Shown here: positions 37,387-46,549 of the stretch, piece after piece
Layout of the letters: each line of letters starts with the position of its first letter
Numbering within the stretch: the stretch's first letter is position 1
Assembly (NCBI GenBank): GCA_963665395.2
Contig: OY762251.1
Coordinates: 432,151-496,150, forward strand
DNA from: Dehalococcoidia bacterium
GTDB lineage: Bacteria > Chloroflexota > Dehalococcoidia > Lucifugimonadales > UBA3495
Reading direction: 5' to 3'
DNA length: 64,000 nt
Position numbers and translations under genes: made by a program
The notes under the pieces: generated by a model
What the model saw: the letters and a program-made list of their open reading frames with translations, nothing else
Database searches by the model: none
Told to the model about the DNA's origin: nothing

Positions 37387-38564
37387 ATGGCTCAAGAGAA
37401 ATTTGCGGTACGGTTGTCAGCGGAAGATCGCAGCCAACTGGAGGGATTGATCCGTCGCGGCCAGCATTCCGCTCGGATCATCAATCGGGCGCGCATTCTG
37501 CTCAAGACCGACGCGGGCTGGAGCGCTTCCCAGGTGGCGGCGGCGCTGGACACGTCGGAGCGCACGGTGTTTCGCACCAAGCGGCGGTACGCCGAGGAGG
37601 GGTTGGACGGCGTACTGCATGACCACCCCCAGGCCAACCGGTATCGCAAGCTGGATGACCGTGGTGAAGCCCACCCCGTATCAAGTACGGGGCAGGTTCT
37701 GATCGCCCTGGCGTGCAGCGACGCTCCCGAAGGACATGACCACTGGACCCTGTCCGCCACAGGCGGACTGGCCAACCAGGTAGTGGAGTTGGGCGTGGTG
37801 GAGAGCCTGTCGTATGAGACGGTGCGGCTCCGGCTCAAAAAAACACCCTCAAGCCTTGGCAAAAGCGTCAGTGGCGCCTGGCCCAGATGAACGGGGAGTT
37901 TGTAGCGGCGATGGAGGACGTGCTGGACCGGTATGCCGAACCCTACGACCCCGACCGGCCGGTGGTGTGCTTTGACGAGACCTCCACCTCCGCCGCAGGC
38001 GGACTGGCCGAAGTGCGAGAACCGCTGCCCGCTCAACCGGGACGCCCCCGACGCCAGGACTACGAGTACCGCCGCGGTGGGACGCGCAACCTCTTCCTGT
38101 TTTGTGAGCCACTGGCGGGCTGGCGCGTGCGTCCCTTGACCAATCAGGCCGTCACCCAGCGGCGCGCCATGGTGGACTTCGCCCACCAGATGCGGTGGCT
38201 GGTGGACACCGCCTATCCCCACGCTCCGGTGGTCCGCGTGGTCCTGGACAATCTCAACACCCACCGCCTGGCGTCCCGGTACGAGACCTTCCCGCCGGCC
38301 GAGGCCCGCCGCATCGCCAAACGCCTGGAGTTTCACCACACCCCCAAACACGCCAGTTGGCTGAATATGGCGGAGATTGAATTCAGCGCCTTGAGCCGGG
38401 CCTGCCTCAAGGGGCGAAACCCCGACGCCGATGCCCTGCAACGCGCCATCACAGCCTACGAAACCCAGCGCAACGCCGCGCGCGTTCCTATAAATTGGCG
38501 CTTCAGCGCCGACGACGCCAGAACCAAACTCCATCGCTTCTACCCCCTGCCTTTCCAGCTTTGA
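37387..38564 (+). CDS. IS630-family transposase made from two frames by a -1 frameshift (ORFs 37387..37890 and 37887..38564)
   Basis: N-terminal HTH region. After slippage the junction reads LKKNTLKPWQKRQW, the family consensus. The DDE part carries VVCFDETS, VLDNLNTH and HHTPKHASWLNMAEIEF. Confidence 0.8.
37837..37843 (+). other. A7 slippery run (A_AAA_AAA) for -1 frameshift or transcriptional slippage in the IS630 transposase
   Basis: ctcAAAAAAAcaccctcaagccttgg. Frame 0 gives LKKTPSS... and stops at 37888..37890. The -1 frame gives LKKNTLKPWQ. Confidence 0.7.
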
Positions 38565-38649
38565 CTGAGCACTAGCGCCGGCCTGTTGATAATCGCCGAT
38601 TCGGTCTGCCTATAGACGGATACCAAGGTCCGGGAACAAGGGTGGTACA

Positions 38650-39081
38650 ATGCGAGACAATGAAGTCATACGCCCAACGTGGCGATTTTTCGACGGGGCC
38701 GTGTCAATCAGCGTCAGTATGCTGCTTGCGGTACTGATCACCGAGTGCCGGGCGTGCGACAGGGCGCCGTTGCTGGGCTATCTGAAAATGCTTACGGAAC
38801 GGGACGATGGGACCATCATAGTAGCGACGCTGCTCCTGTTCCCCACGTCGATTGCGTTATACGGAGGAATGGCTATGTTTTTCGCCGCGAGAGAGACCGT
38901 AAAAGCGTGGGCTGAAAAAAGAGACATGAAACGCCGCGAGGAAGGCCACCGGGAAGGCCGCCGGGAAGGCCGCCGGGAGGAACGCGAGCGCATCCGCCGG
39001 GAAATGGCTAAACTCGGCGCGCCGCTCACGCCGGAACAGGCGGAAATTCTGGCCGCTGAGGCTGAAGACGAACCCGAATAG
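38650..39081 (+). CDS. Small membrane protein with a charged REGRREGRREE C-terminal tail (hypothetical)
   Basis: Two hydrophobic segments (VSISVSMLLAVLI and IIVATLLLFPTSIALYGGMAMFFAA). No family recognised. Confidence 0.5.
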   Translation: MRDNEVIRPTWRFFDGAVSISVSMLLAVLITECRACDRAPLLGYLKMLTERDDGTIIVATLLLFPTSIALYGGMAMFFAARETVKAWAEKRDMKRREEGHREGRREGRREERERIRREMAKLGAPLTPEQAEILAAEAEDEPE

Positions 39082-39128
39082 GCTAGCTCCCTTTTTGCGT
39101 CCGACCCACGCCATCACAGGAGCGCATC

Positions 39129-40550
39129 ATGGATTCTGAACTCGCTTTCACCCCGGCTACCGACATCCGGCGCATGATTGCCGATGGCGAAATCTCCGCG
39201 GTGGAACTCACGGAGTTTTTCTACCAGCGGATCGAAGAACTGAACCCTCAACTCAATGCCTACCTCACCCTCTGCCCGGATCAAGCTCTGGCAGATGCCA
39301 TGGCTGCCGACGCGGCCGTCCAACGTGGGGACGACCTCGGCCCGCTTCACGGTATCCCCATCTCCGTCAAGGACCTTGAGTTGACCAGAGGCGTCAGGAC
39401 CACCATGGGCTCGGCCATCTTCCGAGATCGTGTGCCTGATATGGATTCGATCGTGGTGGAGCGGGTCAAGGCCGCCGGCGGCGTGATTATCGGCAAGACC
39501 AACACGCCGGAGTTCGGGCAGTCAGGCACTACGGAAAACCTGGTCAGCGAGCCGTGCCGCAACCCGTGGAACACGGACTACACGCCGGGCGGCAGCAGCG
39601 GCGGCGCGGCGGCGGCGTTGGCCGCCGGCCTCTGCACCCTGGCCACGGGCAGCGACGGGGGCGGCAGCATCCGCATTCCCTCCAGCTTCAGCGGCGTCAC
39701 CGGCATCAAGCCTTCCCAGGGTCGGGTGCCGCGTTACGGCGGCTACGGCGGGCCGGCGGTGAACCACTTCTCCCAGAGCGGTCCGATGAGCCGCACGGTT
39801 CGGGACACCGCCATGCTGTTGCAGGTATTGGCCGGCCCCGACTCCCGAGATCCCAACACGATGACCGACGCCCCGCCCGACTACATGGCCGCGTTAGAGG
39901 GCGGCGTCGCCGGCTGGCGCATCGCGTGGAGCGACGATCTGGGTTACGCCGCCGTGGACCCGGAGGTGGTGCAGATCACTCGCGCCGCCGCCCAGATCTT
40001 CCAGGAGATGGGAGCGGTGGTCGAAGAGGCGGCGCCGGAGATTGAGGGCGGCGACCCGTTCCCCGCTTTTTCCACCGTGTTCGGCACGGCCTCCTACACG
40101 TCCTACGCCGACCTCTACCCGGAGCGGCGCGACGAATTAACCCACTATGTCCAGAACACCTTCGATGCGGCGTCAAAGCACACCGCCGCCGACCTGTCCC
40201 GGGCGCTGGCCTACGTTGACCGCCTCAAGCGGCGGTTCGCCGATTTCTTCAGCGCCTACGATCTGCTGCTGACGCCGGCCATGGCGGTGACGGCCTTCCC
40301 CATCGGCCAGCATCCCACCAGCATTGCCGGACGCTCGGTGGAACCCTGGTGGGGCTATCTGCCCTTCACTTTCCCCATCAACATGAGCGGCCAGACGGCG
40401 TCCAGCGTGCCGTGCGGTTTCTCCGCCGCCGGACTGCCGGTGGGCCTGCACATCGTAGGGCCGGCCGGCGCGGAGGGACGGGTCCTGCGGGCCATGGCGG
40501 CCTTTGAGGACGCCCAACCCTGGGCGCAGCGCCGGCCGCCGGTTTCATAG
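39129..40550 (+). CDS. Amidase-signature enzyme
   Basis: GIPISVKD, GGSSGGAAAALAAG; 473 aa. Confidence 0.85.
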   Translation: MDSELAFTPATDIRRMIADGEISAVELTEFFYQRIEELNPQLNAYLTLCPDQALADAMAADAAVQRGDDLGPLHGIPISVKDLELTRGVRTTMGSAIFRDRVPDMDSIVVERVKAAGGVIIGKTNTPEFGQSGTTENLVSEPCRNPWNTDYTPGGSSGGAAAALAAGLCTLATGSDGGGSIRIPSSFSGVTGIKPSQGRVPRYGGYGGPAVNHFSQSGPMSRTVRDTAMLLQVLAGPDSRDPNTMTDAPPDYMAALEGGVAGWRIAWSDDLGYAAVDPEVVQITRAAAQIFQEMGAVVEEAAPEIEGGDPFPAFSTVFGTASYTSYADLYPERRDELTHYVQNTFDAASKHTAADLSRALAYVDRLKRRFADFFSAYDLLLTPAMAVTAFPIGQHPTSIAGRSVEPWWGYLPFTFPINMSGQTASSVPCGFSAAGLPVGLHIVGPAGAEGRVLRAMAAFEDAQPWAQRRPPVS

Positions 40551-40560
40551 CCGAAGAGTC

Positions 40561-40670
40561 GTCAGAAGCAGGATTGACCGGATTTGAAGGATTATCAGGA
40601 TTATAGCCGTCGCTGGATGAAGTGCCCCAATCCTGTACATCCTATAAATCCCGAAAATCCTGCTTCTGAC
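40561..40670. repeat. MITE family A copy (110 bp), terminal inverted repeats gtcagaagcaggatt / aatcctgcttctgac
   Basis: Lies between the convergent amidase and SDR genes. Related copies are at 52284..52395, at 57281..57392, and the split copy at 41526..41536 plus 42698..42788. Confidence 0.8.
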
Positions 40671-40672
40671 AA

Positions 40673-41503
40673 TTAATCCTCATCGCGGATGCGGGAATAC
40701 ATCGCCAGCGGCGTGGCGGCCAGCAGGCCGGCATCTACGGGCAGCACCACTCCGGACACCCAGCGGGCCTCGTCGCTGGCCAGGAACAGGGCGGCGTAGG
40801 CAATGTCCCAGGCGTTGCCCTCGACGCCCAGCGGCCCGGCCTTGCGCCGGTTCTGCCGGGTTTCTTCAGCCATTGCGCCGGCCACCATCGGCGTGTAGAT
40901 GTGGCCCGGCGCAATCACGTTGACCCGGATATTGTCGCGGCCCAGATGCACCGCCATCGTCTCGGACATCCCGATCACTCCGGACTTGGAAGCCGAATAC
41001 GGAATGCTGGCCAGTCCGCTGCCGGCCCTCACGCCGGCAATGGACGACATATTGATGATGCTGCCGCCGCCGGCGTCAATCATCCTGGGCGCAGCGTACT
41101 TGGTGGTCAGCATCATGCTCTTCAGGTTCACGTCCAGCACGTTGTCCCACACGCTTTCCTCCACGTCAGTAGGTGTGCCCGGCCCGGTGATGCCGACGTT
41201 GTTGAACAGGATGTGCAGCCCGCCGTAGCGGGCCACGGCGGCGTCAACGATGGCTTCGCAATCGGCGGCCGACGTCACGTCGGCCGCCATAACGGAACCC
41301 TCGCCGCCTTCTTCGTGAATGACGGCCAGGGTTTCCTCAGCGGCGGCGGGATTTCGGTCCACCAATAGCACCTTGGCCCCTTCCCGCGCGAACAGGATGG
41401 ACGCGGCCTTGCCCGTTCCCATGCCCGGCCCGCTGGAGCCGGCGCCGGTGACGATGGCGACCTTGTCTTGCAGGCGAGGGCGGCCAGAGGGGAGTAGTGT
41501 CAT
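40673..41503 (-). CDS. SDR-family oxidoreductase
   Basis: The start was moved to ATG 41503 (GGAGG 6 nt upstream). TGAGSSGPGMG, NNVG and YSASK motifs. Confidence 0.85.
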   Translation of the reverse strand: MTLLPSGRPRLQDKVAIVTGAGSSGPGMGTGKAASILFAREGAKVLLVDRNPAAAEETLAVIHEEGGEGSVMAADVTSAADCEAIVDAAVARYGGLHILFNNVGITGPGTPTDVEESVWDNVLDVNLKSMMLTTKYAAPRMIDAGGGSIINMSSIAGVRAGSGLASIPYSASKSGVIGMSETMAVHLGRDNIRVNVIAPGHIYTPMVAGAMAEETRQNRRKAGPLGVEGNAWDIAYAALFLASDEARWVSGVVLPVDAGLLAATPLAMYSRIRDED

Positions 41504-41559
41504 GTTCGACCTCCGAGAAACTGATGTCAGAAGCAGCAACTGTCTTGCTGGTCAAGTGG

Positions 41560-42697
<1,138 letters not shown>

Positions 42698-42788
42698 GAT
42701 TTACCGGATTAATAGGATACCCAGGATTGGACGGATTCCGATGCCGAACAACGCCAATCTTGAAAATCCTTCAAATCCTGCTTCTGAC
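42698..42788. repeat. Right part of the family-A MITE split by the IS110 (the left 11 nt are at 41526..41536)
   Basis: gatttaccggattaatagg...aatccttcaaatcctgcttctgac aligns with copy 52284..52395. Confidence 0.75.
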
Positions 42789-42791
42789 GAT

Positions 42792-43358
42792 TTACGGAAC
42801 TGCCACCGGCTCCGGCATCAACAACCAATCCTGGGCTTGCTTGGCGGCGTCGGAAAGCCACCCGCTCATAATGGCCTCCCTGCCTTCCGGTATCTCCACG
42901 CCGAGGCCATCGGCCAGCCGATTCATAAAATTGAACACGCAGGTAATGGCGACGGTGGACAACACCTGCTCGTCGGTAAGTCCCACGGAGCGCAGATGCT
43001 CAACGTCCGATTCAGCCATCGCCGCCGGCGTCAGGGTCAGCTTGACGGCGTAGTCCAGGATGGCTCGCGTCTGCGGGTCCAGGTCGGCTTGTTTGTAGTC
43101 ATGGATGATGTGGCTGGCGTACTCGGGGTCGCCGGAATGTTGACGGAGGAACCCTCCGTGGGCGACGGCTCAATACCGGCAGCGGTTCACCAGCGACACC
43201 ACCGTGGCAATCGCCTCTTCCTGCGTCCGGGTCAGCGCCGACGAGCCGAAAGTGGCGTTGGCGTTCAGATTCTGCACCGCCGCCATCAACTCCGGGTTGA
43301 TGGACATACACTTGATGACCGCCGGCACGGCGGCGTCGGTTTCGAGTATCCACGACAT
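42792..43358 (-). CDS. AhpD/carboxymuconolactone-decarboxylase-like (peroxidase-related) selenoprotein, CxxU redox motif; in-frame UGA at 43170..43172
   Basis: ORFs 43170..43358 and 42792..43019 share a frame. I translated the 150 nt between them and found no other stop. The motif is ..VSLVNRCRY-U-AVAHGG.., where the family has CxxC. AAGGAG lies before ATG 43358. Total 188 aa. Confidence 0.75.
43143..43159 (-). other. SECIS-like hairpin for the AhpD-like gene
   Basis: RNA: UGA-GCCGUCGCCC-ACGGAGG-GUU-CCUCCGU. A 7-bp stem with a G/U triloop, starting 11 nt after the UGA. Confidence 0.55.
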
Positions 43359-43368
43359 AGGGACGCTC

Positions 43369-43396
43369 CTTGAATATGGTAGGGGCGAATGGTTAT
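43369..43396. repeat. Perfect 12-bp-stem hairpin between the two selenoprotein genes (REP-like or intercistronic stabiliser/attenuator)
   Basis: gtaggggcgaat-ggtt-attcgcccctac, immediately upstream (minus sense) of the AhpD-like RBS. Confidence 0.6.
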
Positions 43397-43448
43397 TCGC
43401 CCCTACGCGGTTGGTGGCGCTGTCGCGGGCGATGGCCCGTGTCCCTGC

Positions 43449-44009
43449 TTACGATGCGACAACCGGCTGCCCGGTCAGGATGGACTCAACCTCATCGGCC
43501 AACTCGGCGGCCCGCTGCTTCACCTCGTCGTCGGTGAGGCTGGACAGGGGATGCTGGGCGACGATGTAGCGGTAGTCGGGCACGCCCATCATGCGGGTCA
43601 TGGCCTGGGCTGTGTTGAGGAACACGTGGGTGATGATGGCTGCGGTGGGAACGCCGCGCTTTTCCATGTCGATTCCGTCGTGCACACTGCACGAGCTGCA
43701 GCTCCCTCAATCCCCAACCCCGGTGATGAGATAGTCAACCTCGCCCAGGATGGAGTCAATTACGTCCTGCTTGGCGGGCAGGCTGGCATGGTGCTTGCTG
43801 AAGTACTTGACTTCGGAGAAGCCGTGTCGCTCGTTGAGGATGTTTCCCAGCTCATGGAGCAGCTTGTCCGCGTTGGCCTTGGAGTTCTCCATAAGGCCCA
43901 GGCGCTTGCCGGCCAGCCCGGCGGAGCGGTCGTTCATGCGGAACGGGGTTTGAGGCAGCTCGGTGCCCTTGGGGTTCACGAGCCTTAGGCTCGATTCGGC
44001 GGTCGTCAT
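43449..44009 (-). CDS. UGSC-motif selenoprotein (UGSC family, function unknown); in-frame UGA at 43707..43709
   Basis: ORFs 43707..44069 and 43449..43685 are in frame. Read-through gives ..DYLITGVGD-U-GSCSSCSVHDGIDMEKRGVP... The start was moved to ATG 44009 (GGAGG 6 nt upstream). Total 186 aa. Confidence 0.75.
43678..43694 (-). other. SECIS-like hairpin for the UGSC gene
   Basis: RNA: UGA-GGGAGCUGCAGC-UCGUGCA-GUG-UGCACGA. A 7-bp stem with a G/U triloop, starting 13 nt after the UGA. Confidence 0.5.
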
Positions 44010-44065
44010 ATCTAACCTCCGTTGGCGTTTCGGTGGGAACTCTACCAGATAGCGTGATTGTACCG

Positions 44066-44881
44066 TCAAACGGCGGTGTCGCGTAACCCCTTTTCGCGGA
44101 GCAGTTGGTCCAGCCAGGCGCGGTCGTGGTCGGACAAGGGTGGCTCCGGGTCGGTTTGGTAGTCTATATCCAGGTCAAATCCGCCATCGGCATAGACGAT
44201 GTTGACGACCTCGTTCAGGTTGACGGCAATGCCTTCGTCGCCTTTAGCCAGCGGCATTATGAAGTTGGGTATGGATTGGCGTATGCCGAAGGGGTATAAG
44301 TTGGCAACGCGCTCGGTCCGTTGGGCATCGGCAACCAGTATCCGGTAGTGGCTGGGCGGCATTGGAGTAAGCACAGGCATCGGCTGACCAGCGCGCAAGA
44401 GGTCGATTTCGACCAGATGGGTCATGCTGTACAGTACCTGGGCGCGTTTGGCCTGATAAACGCGCCGGCCGGAACCGGACTTGTTGGTCGGCGACAGCAT
44501 TTCTATGGCGGTTATGACCTCACGATTGCTCACACGAACTATTTCCAGATAGATCTGCTTTTCCAGTTCCACTTCCGGCAGTTGAACGACTACCGGGTCG
44601 GCGAGGGCCAGCCCTTCGGCCGTCCTCTCCCGTCTTGGCGTCGCGGCGGTGGACAGAACCGCAACATCAGGCATCCGAAGGTCGCTGCTGTCCCTGGAGT
44701 TGGGATCGGAGATAACGTACACACGCTCCTGTATCGTGACCCTGTAATCGGGCCTCAAGCGCGGGGAAAGATAGCTGCGCAACCCGACCATAACGCTGTG
44801 ATGGACGTCGGGCCACAAGCCGGGGTCTTCCAGGTACGGGTTCATCCCCGGAAAGGGGTTTTGCGGCAACGGTGTCGTCAT
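44066..44881 (-). CDS. DUF4058-family protein (Uma2-like PD-(D/E)XK fold), paralogue 1
   Basis: MTTPLPQNPFPGMNPYLE..WPDVHH..; PDVAV ... EMLSPTNK ... EIDLLR. Its ATG overlaps the stop of paralogue 2 (ATGA at 44878..44881). Confidence 0.75.
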   Translation of the reverse strand: MTTPLPQNPFPGMNPYLEDPGLWPDVHHSVMVGLRSYLSPRLRPDYRVTIQERVYVISDPNSRDSSDLRMPDVAVLSTAATPRRERTAEGLALADPVVVQLPEVELEKQIYLEIVRVSNREVITAIEMLSPTNKSGSGRRVYQAKRAQVLYSMTHLVEIDLLRAGQPMPVLTPMPPSHYRILVADAQRTERVANLYPFGIRQSIPNFIMPLAKGDEGIAVNLNEVVNIVYADGGFDLDIDYQTDPEPPLSDHDRAWLDQLLREKGLRDTAV

Positions 44882-45726
44882 CCCGCACCTCCATCGTTGC
44901 GTAGCCCCTTTTCGCGCAGCAGTTGGTCCAGCCAAACGCGGTCGGCGTCGGACAGAGGCGGCTTCGGGTCTTGCCGGTAGTCAACGAGCAGATTGTAGTA
45001 CCGGGCAGAATAAACGCTGTCAATAATTACGCCGACGTTAACGGCTATGCTTTCCGTCCCTTTGGCCAGGGGCATCACGAAATCGGGTATGGGCTGGCGT
45101 AGGTTGAAGGGATACAAATCGGCGACGGGTTCGGTGCGTCGGGCGTTTGCGACCAGGATACGGTAGTGGCTGGCCGGCGCGTTGCCGGCGAGAGGCATGG
45201 GACGCCCGGCGCGCAAGAGGTCAATCTCCACCAGGTGGGTTGAGCTGTATAGCGTTTCCGCGCGCTTGGACAGATATTCCTTGCGGCCATCGCCCGATTT
45301 ATTGGAAGGCGACAGCACTTCAATTATGGCGACGACCTGCTGCCGGCCATCAACCCGACGCACTTCCAAATAGCGCTCTCTTACTAACTCAGTAGCCGGC
45401 AACTGTACGGCAACTGCGGCGGAACTACGCTCTGGATATGGGTCAATGTTCTCCGCGCCTGACGTTGCCTCGCCGGCTACCACCGCAACATCCGGGATGC
45501 GAGTTTGCTCACTGCCGGCGCCGTTGCCGCGGTCGTTCCGGCCCGGTTCCGCAACCACGTAAATCCGTTCCCCAACGGTCACCACGTAGTCGGGTTGCAG
45601 GCGTGGGGCCAGAAAACCCTGCAACTCCGCGATGACGAGCAGATGAACACCCGGCCAGACGCTGCCACGTTCCAGGTACGGATTCATCCCCGGAAAAGGG
45701 TTTTGCGGCAGCGCGGCGGTCATCAT
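44878..45726 (-). CDS. DUF4058-family protein, paralogue 2
   Basis: MMTAALPQNPFPGMNPYLE; PDVAV ... EVLSPSNK ... EIDLLR. The ATGA overlap with the stop of paralogue 3 is at 45723..45726. Confidence 0.75.
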   Translation of the reverse strand: MMTAALPQNPFPGMNPYLERGSVWPGVHLLVIAELQGFLAPRLQPDYVVTVGERIYVVAEPGRNDRGNGAGSEQTRIPDVAVVAGEATSGAENIDPYPERSSAAVAVQLPATELVRERYLEVRRVDGRQQVVAIIEVLSPSNKSGDGRKEYLSKRAETLYSSTHLVEIDLLRAGRPMPLAGNAPASHYRILVANARRTEPVADLYPFNLRQPIPDFVMPLAKGTESIAVNVGVIIDSVYSARYYNLLVDYRQDPKPPLSDADRVWLDQLLREKGLRNDGGAG

Positions 45727-46544
45727 GCGCCCCCGCCGTCGCGCAGGCCCTGTTGACGCAGCAGTTGGTCAAGCCAGACGCGGTCGTCGTCGGAAAGTGG
45801 CGGTTCGGGGTCCTGCCTGTAGTCAATGTCCCGGTCATAGGAGCCGAGGATGTACACCTCATCGATGATCGGTTTCAGGTCTATGGCGATACCCCCGGAG
45901 CCTTGAGCCAACGGCATTACGAAGTTGGGTATCGGTTGGCGTATGCTGAAGATGTACAGAGACGCATTCGGCGCCAGCCGCGCGTTACTGACCAGAATCC
46001 GATAGTCACCACCGGGCACGTCCCCGACGACCGGCATCGGCGGGCCAGACCGCAGCAGATCAATTTCCACCAAATGGGCGAGGCTGTACTGCACTTCGGC
46101 GCGTTTGGACAGATATTCCTGTCGCCCCTTGTTGGATTTATTGGCAGGCGACAACAGTTCAAGTACCGCCACTACCTCGCGGTTGCTGACCCTGATAATT
46201 TCCAGGTAACTCTCTCTTTCTAACTCCAGCGCCGGCAGTTCCACCGTAATCGCATCCTCGGTTTGGCGGGGTTCCGTTTCCAACGCGACAACTCGCTCGG
46301 CGGCCCAGCCGGGATCCAAAACCGTGATGTCCGGTATGCGGGAAGGACGTTGACCGCTTGTATCCGGCTCCTCAGATACAGACACCCGTTGTTCGATACG
46401 CACCAAGTAGTCAGGCCGTAGTTGCGAACCCAAAGTACGGGCTAACTCGGCAATCACCCATTGATGTATGCCGTGCCAAAGCTCGGCGCGTTCCAGGTAC
46501 GGGTTCATCCCCGGAAACGGGTTTTCCGGCAGTCGCGTCGTCAT
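45723..46544 (-). CDS. DUF4058-family protein, paralogue 3
   Basis: The start was moved to ATG 46544 (MTTRLPENPFPGMNPYLE). PDITV ... ELLSPANK ... EIDLLR. It lies 5 nt after the stop of the upstream gene. Confidence 0.75.
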   Translation of the reverse strand: MTTRLPENPFPGMNPYLERAELWHGIHQWVIAELARTLGSQLRPDYLVRIEQRVSVSEEPDTSGQRPSRIPDITVLDPGWAAERVVALETEPRQTEDAITVELPALELERESYLEIIRVSNREVVAVLELLSPANKSNKGRQEYLSKRAEVQYSLAHLVEIDLLRSGPPMPVVGDVPGGDYRILVSNARLAPNASLYIFSIRQPIPNFVMPLAQGSGGIAIDLKPIIDEVYILGSYDRDIDYRQDPEPPLSDDDRVWLDQLLRQQGLRDGGGA

Positions 46545-46549
46545 GCTGA

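Larger units (their letters stand above)
37293..38572 (+). mobile_element. IS630-family insertion sequence (1280 bp) flanked by a duplicated TA
   Basis: Imperfect TIRs gtacttggtcaac (37293..) and reverse-complemented gtgctcagtcaaa (..38572). TA at 37291..37292 and at 38573..38574. Confidence 0.8.
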
